Shown here piece after piece: positions 29,140-36,890 of a stretch of DNA of 64,000 nucleotides. Every line of letters begins with the position of its first letter. The first letter of the stretch is position 1. The stretch is from Longimicrobiales bacterium (lineage in GTDB: Bacteria > Gemmatimonadota > Gemmatimonadetes > Longimicrobiales > Gaopeijiaceae): the NCBI GenBank assembly GCA_965203485.1, contig OZ241892.1, positions 480,001 through 544,000 on the forward strand, in the 5' to 3' direction. The notes under the pieces are model-generated. The model saw nothing but the letters and a program-made list of their open reading frames with translations. It was not told the origin of the DNA and did no database searches. The translations under genes were made by a program, and so were the position numbers.

Positions 29140-32100
29140 GCGCTTGGCTGTTCGCGTGGCGCCGCGCCCTCCGGCCTTCCCGAAGACACCAGCCGAAAGA
29201 TGCTCTCCGCCACCCAGCGCTTGAAGGACTCGTCGTCGGAGAACCGCTTGAAGAACTGCATGTCGTCCTCGATGGTCCCGTTGACGGCGCGCTTCAGCGC
29301 CTTGTCGTGCTCGATCCGCACGTTCTGCCTATCCGATTGCTCCTGGGCGTTGCGAAAGGACTCGTCGCTCTTGACCGCCGCCGGCAGGTCCTCGGTGATC
29401 AGACGGCGAACGCGGTCTTCGTCGCGCCACTGGCCGTCTCCGCCCCAGCGGTCGTTGAACTGCGCGATGATGGCGGACAGCAGGTCGAGTTCCGGTTCGC
29501 GGGCATGGCCTCCTCCGCCCACGGCGGCCGGATCGATTTCTTCTTCGTCCTCGCTCATTTGGATCTCCCGCATGGCCTGCTTCTCGATGCGGTAGCTGTC
29601 CATGTCGATTGCCTCGAGGATGCCGCGCGACAAGTCCTCTTCCTTGGGCGCGGGCAACCTGGGGACCAGGAACTGCAGAAAGATCGACCGCTTCTCCCAG
29701 GGCGCGTACGTCCAGGTCAGGATCGACGACAGGAATCCGTAGGTGCGCAAGAACGTCTTGGCCTTGCCCTTGAAGTCCACCTGGCCGTCCTCGTCCAGCT
29801 CGTTCACGTAGACATTCACGCTCGCGTCGAGGATGGGATCGAGCTGGTCGCGGTCCGCTCCGTCCAGATACAGCTTCACGAACTGGCCCACCACGTCCGG
29901 GTCGTAGACCTGGCGGCCGTCCAGGACGCTCTGCAGGTCGTGGAGCTTGTCCGGGTCGGTTTCGCCCGAGAGAATCGTCGTCCGATAGTACGGCGCGAAC
30001 GCTGCCCTGATCGCGTCCTCGTCGTTCGCGAAGTCCAGCACGGTCACGTCGTGCTTCTTTGGACCGGCCCGGTTCAAGCGCGACAGAGTCTGCACGGCGC
30101 GCACGCCCGACAGCGGCTTGTCCACGTACATCGTGTGAAGCAAAGGCTCGTCGTAGCCCGTCTGGAACTTGTCGGCGCAGACCAGGATGCGGTACGGGTC
30201 GTCGCGAAACTTGTCGGCCGTCCGCGACTCGGGGAATCCGTTCAGCGACGCTTCGGAGACCGTGGCGCCGCCGTGTTCGCGCTCGCCGGAGAACGCCACG
30301 AGCGCCCGGTACGCTCGCTTCCGCTTCGCCAAGTAGGATCGGATGGCGTCGTAGTACTGGATGGCTCGCTGAACATTGCTCGTCACCACCATCGCCCTGG
30401 CCCGGCCGCCGATCTTGCGTTGCGCCACGACTTGATTGTGAAAGTGGTCGGCCATGATCTCGGCCTTCAAGCGGATTGCGTGGTCGTGGCCCTCCACGTA
30501 GCGTCGCAACTTCTTCGTCGCTCGCTTGGCGTCGAAGACCGGATCGTCCTCCACCCTCTTGGCCAGCCGGTAGTAGCTGCGGATCGGCATGTAGCGCTGC
30601 ACCACGTCCAGGATGAAGCCCTCCTCCACGGCCTGCTTCATGGTGTAGGAATGGAAGGGCCTGCGCTTGGTTTCGCCGTCGGCGCCGCGCTCCAGACCGT
30701 CCGGCCGCGGCACAGGGGTCCCGAAGAGCTCCAGCGTCTTGTTCTTGGGCGTGGCCGTGAAGGCGAAGTAGCTGGCGTTGGACAGCATCCGGCGGGATTC
30801 GACGATGCGGTTGATCCGGTCTTCGAGCGTGTCGCCCTCGTCGGCGCCGGCATCGTCCTCGTTCAAGGCGCCGTCCGCGCCGCCGTCCGCGTCCTCGCCA
30901 GCGGTTCCGCCCTCGGCGTCGTCGTCGCCCTCGGTAGCATCGTCTCTTGCGCTCCCCGCCCCCGACAGCGCTTGCGACATGGCCCCCGACTGCCGGCCCC
31001 CCTGGCTGGAGTGCGCCTCGTCGATGACGACGGCAAAGGTGCGGCCGCCGGCCTGTGCCCGAATCTCGTCCAGGATGAACGGAAATTTCTGAACCGTGGA
31101 GATGACGATCTTCTTGCCGCCCTCGATGAACCGGCGCAGGTCGCCGGATCGGCGGGCGTGGCCGACGGTCGCTCCCACTTGGGCGAATTGCTTGATCGTG
31201 TCGCGGATCTGCCGGTCCAGAATGCGCCGGTCGGTGACGACGACCACCGAATCGAAGACCGGCTTGCCGTGCCTAGCCAAGCCGATCAGCTGGTGGGTCA
31301 GCCAAGCGATCGAGTTGGACTTGCCGCTGCCCGCCGAGTGCTGGATCAGATAGCGCCGCCCCGCGCCGTGCCGACGAGCGTCGTCCAGCAGCTTGCGCAC
31401 CACGTCCAGCTGATGGTACCGGGGCCAGACCTGCGTCTTGCGCTGGCGTCCTGTTTCGGGGTCCCTCGTCGCCAGCATCTGCGCGTAGTTCTCGATGATG
31501 CCGGCCACGCTGTCGCGGGACAGCACGTCCTCCCACAGATACGCCGTGGAAAGCCCGGCCGGGTTCGGCGGATTGCCTGCGCCGTCGCGATGCCCCCGGT
31601 CGAACGGCAGAAACCACGAGTCCTTGCCCCGCAAGTGCGTGCAGAACCGCACGCGATGCTCGTCCACCGCGAAGTGGGCCGCGCACCGCCCCAGCTCGAA
31701 CAGCCTCTCGCGCGGACTTCGGTCGCGCACGTACTGGCGCACCGCGTCGTCCACCGTCTGCTTGGTCAGCCGGTTCTTGAGCTCGAAGGTGGCGATGGGC
31801 AACCCGTTGACGAACAGCGCCAAGTCCAGCGCCAGCCCCGCTTGGTCCTTGCTGTAGCGCAGTTGCCGCGTAACGGTGAAGCGGTTCGCGTCGTAGCGCA
31901 TCCTGGCCGCTCTGTTGCCCGGAGAAGGCGTGCCGTAGTAGAGGCCGACCTCGTGCCGCCCGTGCTGGATGCCGCGACGAAGCACTGCGATCGTGCCGTG
32001 CGTGCTGATCTGCCCTTGGAGGCGGGCCAGAAACTTGCGACGGACGGGGCCGTCTTCGTGCAACGCCAGGGCCTCGGCCGTGTCGGGCTGGGTGACGGAC

Positions 32101-32375
32101 AGGAAGCCCGCGAGCTGGGCGATATCCACGCAGTGCTCGCGGTCGTAGTCGCGGGGGTCGCCGCAGAGCCAGCCGGAGCCCCGGCGGGATTGGCCGTTGG
32201 GCGCGCCGGCCTCGTAAGCAGACCGAGGCTCCCCCGCCCGGAAAGGGGATGCGCGGCCGTTGCTGGGTGCGTTGCCGGCGCCGTCGTTGCCGCCAGCTTC
32301 CGGATCGCAGGGCGAGCCCGTCATGGCGGCGCAGATCAGCCGTTCAAGGCCGCGTTCGGTGGTGTCGGTGGGCAA
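29136..32375 (-). CDS. hsdR: Type I restriction endonuclease subunit R
   Basis: DLALFVNGLPIATFELK nuclease motif, QHSAGSGKS, DEAH, FTATP, QTLSRLNR. Confidence 0.95.
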   Translation of the reverse strand: MPTDTTERGLERLICAAMTGSPCDPEAGGNDGAGNAPSNGRASPFRAGEPRSAYEAGAPNGQSRRGSGWLCGDPRDYDREHCVDIAQLAGFLSVTQPDTAEALALHEDGPVRRKFLARLQGQISTHGTIAVLRRGIQHGRHEVGLYYGTPSPGNRAARMRYDANRFTVTRQLRYSKDQAGLALDLALFVNGLPIATFELKNRLTKQTVDDAVRQYVRDRSPRERLFELGRCAAHFAVDEHRVRFCTHLRGKDSWFLPFDRGHRDGAGNPPNPAGLSTAYLWEDVLSRDSVAGIIENYAQMLATRDPETGRQRKTQVWPRYHQLDVVRKLLDDARRHGAGRRYLIQHSAGSGKSNSIAWLTHQLIGLARHGKPVFDSVVVVTDRRILDRQIRDTIKQFAQVGATVGHARRSGDLRRFIEGGKKIVISTVQKFPFILDEIRAQAGGRTFAVVIDEAHSSQGGRQSGAMSQALSGAGSARDDATEGDDDAEGGTAGEDADGGADGALNEDDAGADEGDTLEDRINRIVESRRMLSNASYFAFTATPKNKTLELFGTPVPRPDGLERGADGETKRRPFHSYTMKQAVEEGFILDVVQRYMPIRSYYRLAKRVEDDPVFDAKRATKKLRRYVEGHDHAIRLKAEIMADHFHNQVVAQRKIGGRARAMVVTSNVQRAIQYYDAIRSYLAKRKRAYRALVAFSGEREHGGATVSEASLNGFPESRTADKFRDDPYRILVCADKFQTGYDEPLLHTMYVDKPLSGVRAVQTLSRLNRAGPKKHDVTVLDFANDEDAIRAAFAPYYRTTILSGETDPDKLHDLQSVLDGRQVYDPDVVGQFVKLYLDGADRDQLDPILDASVNVYVNELDEDGQVDFKGKAKTFLRTYGFLSSILTWTYAPWEKRSIFLQFLVPRLPAPKEEDLSRGILEAIDMDSYRIEKQAMREIQMSEDEEEIDPAAVGGGGHAREPELDLLSAIIAQFNDRWGGDGQWRDEDRVRRLITEDLPAAVKSDESFRNAQEQSDRQNVRIEHDKALKRAVNGTIEDDMQFFKRFSDDESFKRWVAESIFRLVSSGRPEGAAPREQPSA

Positions 32376-32447
32376 TGGCGAAATGGGATTGTGGACTCGC
32401 TTCTACACGGCACGGCCTGACGTTCGGTGGCTCGCAACCGAGGCAAC

Positions 32448-32564
32448 CTACCGGCACGCGAGCGGCACCCCGCTCCCGGATCGCTTCTTCATCTTGGCCA
32501 AGTGGTCGCAGGCCAGGGCCATCTCGAGCAGGACGCGCATGCTGTCGGCCCGCTCAAGCTCGAA
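32448..32564 (-). pseudogene. Degenerate fragment of an Rpn-family gene
   Basis: 32493-32540 matches 33349-33396 at 41/48 nt; encodes RVLLEMALACDHLAK versus RILLETALAYDYLAK. Confidence 0.7.
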
Positions 32565-32571
32565 TGTAGGG

Positions 32572-33735
32572 TCAGGAAGCCGTCCTCGCGTGCGCCAGCA
32601 GTTCCTGCCCGCTCGCGCAGTCGATGACGAGATCGGCGACCTCGGCGAGCCGCTCTGAAGCGGAGACCTCCTCCAACAGCGCGCCAAGCTCCTTTGCCGT
32701 CTCCGCGTCGAACTTCCGTCGCGCCAAGCGCACCAGGGTCGCCCGGCGCTCGAGCAGAGCACGCGCTTCGGCTTCCTGGCGACCTTCCTGCCGGCCTTCC
32801 TCGCGGACTTCCCGGCGAACCTCCTCGCGGACTTCCTCGCGAACCTCCTGGCAAACCTCCTCGCGGACCTCCTGGCGGACCTCCTCGCGGACCTCCCGGC
32901 GGTTCTTCTCGCGGTCCTCCGCCAACCAAATCTGTGCGACCCCGCCCGTCAGGTCGCCCATCTGCTTCACCTTTGCCACGTCCTCCTCCTTTGCTCCTTG
33001 GTCGATCATCAAACTTCGCACCCACGCCACCAGCCCCTCGCGCGCCGCGCTGTCGCGGGGCAGCAACGCCCTCAACACCGGCAACGCCTCCTCAACCTCG
33101 GCGCTGTTCGCCGCGTAGCGCAACTTCAGCGCCGCCTCGCGCGCCGTCGTCCCGCGCTCGATCTCCCGCGCCTCTTGCGCCTCCGACACGAGCACGAACT
33201 GGTGGCCGAGCGCGAACGGAAGGAACGCCTTCGCCTCGTCGGCCAGCAGATCCTCGAGCCGCGCCGGCGCCGTCCACCGCTCCGGCCCGACGTGCACGAC
33301 GATGGGCAGCACGGGCGGCAACCCGCGCGTCCGGCTCGCCTCTTGGCTCTTGGCCAGGTAGTCGTAGGCCAGGGCCGTCTCGAGCAAGATGCGCACGGCC
33401 ATTCGCCAGTCCGACGCCGCCTGGAACTCGAAAAGCAAGACGACGTAGAGCCACGAGTCGCGAAACGGCGCCCGCCACACGAGGTCGGCGTGGCGCGACG
33501 TGCGCAACTTGGGATCGACGTGCTCGGTCGGCGCCGGCTGGAGACCCTCGAGGTCGATGCGGTCGGCGACGCTGGCGGGGACGACCTTGCCGAAGACGTG
33601 CTTGGCCAGAAACTCGGCGACGATCCGCTTCTCGCGGTAGACGAGCTTGGCGCTCTTGTCCAGCGGCTGGTGGGCAGGCGGTTCGTCGTCCGGCTCGGGG
33701 TCGAGACGGCGGTCTCGGGGGCTGATGGGCGTCAT
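32572..33735 (-). CDS. Rpn family (YhgA-like) PD-(D/E)XK nuclease / putative transposase
   Basis: D..AK, ADLVWR, LFEFQ, MAVRI, LPPVLPIVV, EGRQEGRQE coiled tail, LARRKF. Confidence 0.85.
   Translation of the reverse strand: MTPISPRDRRLDPEPDDEPPAHQPLDKSAKLVYREKRIVAEFLAKHVFGKVVPASVADRIDLEGLQPAPTEHVDPKLRTSRHADLVWRAPFRDSWLYVVLLFEFQAASDWRMAVRILLETALAYDYLAKSQEASRTRGLPPVLPIVVHVGPERWTAPARLEDLLADEAKAFLPFALGHQFVLVSEAQEAREIERGTTAREAALKLRYAANSAEVEEALPVLRALLPRDSAAREGLVAWVRSLMIDQGAKEEDVAKVKQMGDLTGGVAQIWLAEDREKNRREVREEVRQEVREEVCQEVREEVREEVRREVREEGRQEGRQEAEARALLERRATLVRLARRKFDAETAKELGALLEEVSASERLAEVADLVIDCASGQELLAHARTAS
32773..32901. repeat. In-frame 12-bp imperfect tandem repeat (about 10 units; EEVR/QEVR/EEGR)
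   Basis: cctcgcggactt/cctcgcggacct-type units are visible; protein REVREEVRQEVREEVCQEVREEVREEVRREVREEGRQEGRQE. Confidence 0.85.
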
Positions 33736-34189
33736 GGACGTTGCGCCGGGGACGTGAACAAGGGCGGGCGCGCCCCCGGCCAGGCGGCGCTGGCCACGGA
33801 TTCGCCGTGCAAGGCTTCCGGAAGAAGCGTGCCATAAGACGGTCGCTGTCCGACGCCAGAATGCAAATGGCGGAATGGGACCCGTTGCATGTCCAAATGG
33901 GTCGATGACGGAAACGCCTCCGGCCAAGCGGTCGCCGATCGGCTTCATCCGGGGCTCGATGCGGGTTGCGAGGCGCGACGGGGCGAACCTGGTTCCTGGA
34001 AGGCTGAATGGTCGCGCCCGGCCGGACGCCCGCAGCTTTGACGGATGCCGGTTGCGGCTTTAAGCTTGCTGGTCCATGCGGTCCGCCCTCCCAGGCGGGG
34101 CGAACGAAATTCTGGACGTGTCGATTCGATTGCGATGCCAACGAAGCCGTCGTGGATCACCCAATCATCCAACGGGGCCTGGAACCAAT

Positions 34190-34954
34190 ATGATTGACGA
34201 AGTTCAACGCCTCGTGGACCAATACTGGAACTGGTTGCAGGAGCAGACGACAATCCGGGAGGTCGGAGACCACGTCGAGATCACGACTCCCTACCTGGAC
34301 CGCCACAACGACTGCTTCCAGATGTATGCTCGCCGACGCGAAGATGGATTCATCCTTACGGACGACGGCTACGTGCTCAACGACTTGGCGCAGGCCGGCG
34401 TCGACGCAACCAGCGGCAAGCGCGGATTGTTGCTGGAGGAAACGCTCAACGGCTTCGGGGTCCGGGAAGTCGCGGGTGCGTTGCAAGTGGAGGCGTCGCC
34501 CGAAGACTTCGGCCTGCGAAAGCACAACCTCCTTCAGGCCATGCTCGCTGTTTCCGACATGTTCTACTTGGCGTCGCCGACGGTCGAAAGCCTGTTTCAC
34601 GAAGACGTGATTGCGTGGCTCGACACGTCCAGCATCAGATACACGCCGAACGTCAAGCTCTCCGGCAAGAGCGGCTTCGACCACAAGTTCGACTTCGTCA
34701 TTCCGAAATCGCCGGATCAGCCCGAGCGAGTGTGCAGGTCCATCAACCGTCCCGACCGCAACGCGGCGCAAACCATGGTCTTCGCGTGGGAGGACACCAA
34801 GGAAGCTCGCGACCCCAACACTGTAGCCTACGCCATCCTAAACGACGCGGATCGGTCCGTATCACGGTTTGTCGACAAGGCACTCGAAAGTTACGATGTG
34901 CGGCCGGTCCGCTGGTCGACCCGCGAGGAAGCGATAAAGAAGCTAGCGGCATAG
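34190..34954 (+). CDS. DUF1828/DUF1829 domain protein
   Basis: EITTPYLDRHND, LTDDGY, KHNLLQAM, GKSGFDHKFDFVIP. Confidence 0.85.
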   Translation: MIDEVQRLVDQYWNWLQEQTTIREVGDHVEITTPYLDRHNDCFQMYARRREDGFILTDDGYVLNDLAQAGVDATSGKRGLLLEETLNGFGVREVAGALQVEASPEDFGLRKHNLLQAMLAVSDMFYLASPTVESLFHEDVIAWLDTSSIRYTPNVKLSGKSGFDHKFDFVIPKSPDQPERVCRSINRPDRNAAQTMVFAWEDTKEARDPNTVAYAILNDADRSVSRFVDKALESYDVRPVRWSTREEAIKKLAA

Positions 34955-35092
34955 GGAGGCATCGTGTGCTCTCCAGTCCCGCCCCCGAGTCAAAGAAATA
35001 GGTCCCGCCTTCCTTTTTGAAACGCCAGCCATTTTCCGTCTCGGAGGACTGGCGGTGCATCGGTCCCATGAGGACCGCGTGCCGAGACAAGC

Positions 35093-36679
35093 TCACGCCG
35101 CGGTCTCTATGTTCGTGCCGGCGATCCCTCGGACGTCCACCTTGCCGGTCACCACGTCGGAGATCAAGCGGGTTCGGTACTCGCGGAGCAGCTCCATTTC
35201 CCGGCGTGCGAGTTCTGCCGCTCTGTCGATCTTGGCGGTTTCGCGGTCGAGGAACGCACCGATGGCCTCCTGTTCTTGCCGTAACGGAAGAGGTATGACC
35301 AAGTGCTTCAGTCCGCTAGCGTAGATGTGCATTACCGTCACTCCACGTCCCATACAGGATTTCTGCCAGGAAGCATGTGCACAATCAAGCGCGTATCCAC
35401 TGAACACGGGATTCAATGCGCCAAAATTTGGTCGAAAGACTATGACATCTCCACTGCAACATGTATGTTCGCGGAGGAGAGTTGTGACTGATTTGCCAAT
35501 GTCGTCGAGCGTTTCGCCTGATCCGGCGAAGAGTACATCTCCATACAAAACTTGCGTGTAGCCCTCGCTCACCTGTTCCGATACAAATCCGAAAGGTGTC
35601 CTGACATGACGGTCGTACATCGTGTAAATGTCTCCGTAGCGTATGCATGGAACACCCGTCGTCGATCTGTCGTTGCGTGTGCCACCTGAGCCTTTGAAGA
35701 AGTCCCCGAACGTCCCGAGTGGTTTGACTTCCCAATGCTCCGGCACGTCCCCCAGCCACTCCACTCCGCTCGGCTTGAGTTTCGGATGCGGATCGAATCC
35801 GGCCTTGCGCGCCTCGTCGGGCGGAAGTCCGCGTGTCACGGTCCGGCTGACGAGGACGGTGCGGTGTTCATCGAGTCTCTCGACCAGAATCTCCTTTTGG
35901 CGAATCAAGGCGTCGATCTTGGCGGTTTCGCGGTCGAGATAGAGGACTATTGCACACGACTCGGAAGGAGTGGGCAAGGGTAATCGCAAGTTGCCAATCC
36001 AGTTCCAACTGGCTCTTGGCATTCTAGCACCAGAAGTGCGCAGGTTTACGTTGTCGATAAAACCGGGGGTCAGCAACGCATACAGGAGATAGCTTGCATA
36101 ACTCGAAGGATTTCTTTCCCTAAGAACAATAAACTCGGATGAACACAAGCCGTCAGCATCAGGACGGCATGCCTTGGCCAAGTAGGGGCGCAACTTGCCA
36201 AACAGAATGTCACCAGCGAGGAATGGAGCAAATGACGAGTTTCGATCTGCCGAGTGAGGGACAGGCGTCTCGAGTAGCCTACCGGTCCACGACTCAACCG
36301 AGTCCATGCCTACATGCAGAGGCTTGCCGATCGAGTCCTCAACATCGTGCTTGTTGTCAATCCTTGACAATACGCGCTGTAGTGGTTTGACCTCCCAATG
36401 CTCCGGCACGTCCCCCAGCCACTCCACTCCGCTCGGCTTGTACTTCGGATACGGCATGAGGTCCAATGCGCGGGCTGCCCCGTTCTCCGATTGCAGGGTC
36501 TTCGGCGATTTCACCTCGGACATCAGTCGACGCAATGTCGGGTCCGTGTATTCTTGGGACAGACGCCACTGTTGAATGTCGTCGGCCGTCATGTGTTCAA
36601 GCTCTTTGCCGATGCGGTCTCGGATCTCGCGCAGGTGCTTGACGTGGGTGAAGGGCCGATCGTCGGCGGAATCAGTCAT
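35093..36679 (-). CDS. hsdS: Type I specificity subunit HsdS with an N-terminal 74-aa antitoxin-like extension
   Basis: Two KPSGVEWLGDVPEHWEVKPL and two LDRETAKID conserved blocks, two low-GC TRDs, EYRTRLISDVVTGKVDVR end; HsdS proper begins near M at 36457. Confidence 0.93.
   Translation of the reverse strand: MTDSADDRPFTHVKHLREIRDRIGKELEHMTADDIQQWRLSQEYTDPTLRRLMSEVKSPKTLQSENGAARALDLMPYPKYKPSGVEWLGDVPEHWEVKPLQRVLSRIDNKHDVEDSIGKPLHVGMDSVESWTGRLLETPVPHSADRNSSFAPFLAGDILFGKLRPYLAKACRPDADGLCSSEFIVLRERNPSSYASYLLYALLTPGFIDNVNLRTSGARMPRASWNWIGNLRLPLPTPSESCAIVLYLDRETAKIDALIRQKEILVERLDEHRTVLVSRTVTRGLPPDEARKAGFDPHPKLKPSGVEWLGDVPEHWEVKPLGTFGDFFKGSGGTRNDRSTTGVPCIRYGDIYTMYDRHVRTPFGFVSEQVSEGYTQVLYGDVLFAGSGETLDDIGKSVTTLLREHTCCSGDVIVFRPNFGALNPVFSGYALDCAHASWQKSCMGRGVTVMHIYASGLKHLVIPLPLRQEQEAIGAFLDRETAKIDRAAELARREMELLREYRTRLISDVVTGKVDVRGIAGTNIETAA
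35718..35777. repeat. 60-bp direct repeat preceding TRD2 of hsdS
   Basis: 59/60 identical to 36381-36440. Confidence 0.9.
36381..36440. repeat. 60-bp direct repeat preceding TRD1 of hsdS
   Basis: 59/60 identical to 35718-35777. Confidence 0.9.
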
Positions 36680-36890
36680 CGGGCTCTGCCGACTGCCTTG
36701 AACGTGTAGGCGACTTTGGCTTGGCTCTGGACATCAGGCGGCGTAGTTTCGGGTTCTTGTATTCTCGAGACTGGTGCCACCGATAGGCCTCCTCGGCCGT
36801 CATGTGTTCGAGCTCCTTGTTGATGCGATCTCTGATTTCGCGGAGGTGCTTGACGTAGCTGAAGGACTTCTTGTCCGTAGGTTCAGTCAT
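36672..36890 (-). CDS. Small helical protein, putative antitoxin of the upstream PIN domain
   Basis: 72 aa; F..VK.LREIRDRI.KELEHMT pattern resembles small proteins found downstream of this PIN class; 8-bp ATGACTGA overlaps at both ends. Confidence 0.75.
   Translation of the reverse strand: MTEPTDKKSFSYVKHLREIRDRINKELEHMTAEEAYRWHQSREYKNPKLRRLMSRAKPKSPTRSRQSAEPDD

Noticed and set aside
29097..32420. 1107-aa plus-strand ORF
   Set aside because: Antisense shadow of hsdR.
32773..32901. Possible CRISPR array
   Set aside because: 12-bp tandem coding units with no spacers; no cas genes in the window.
32572..33735. Rpn gene as an IS element
   Set aside because: No terminal inverted repeats or target duplication seen; the family is not shown to transpose like an IS.
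34743..35096. 117-aa minus ORF coupled to the hsdS stop
   Set aside because: Overlaps the DUF1828 gene by about 210 bp and has no recognisable motif; at most a stub.
35718..36440. Invertible hsdS shufflon
   Set aside because: Repeats are direct, not inverted; no recombinase or silent hsdS nearby.
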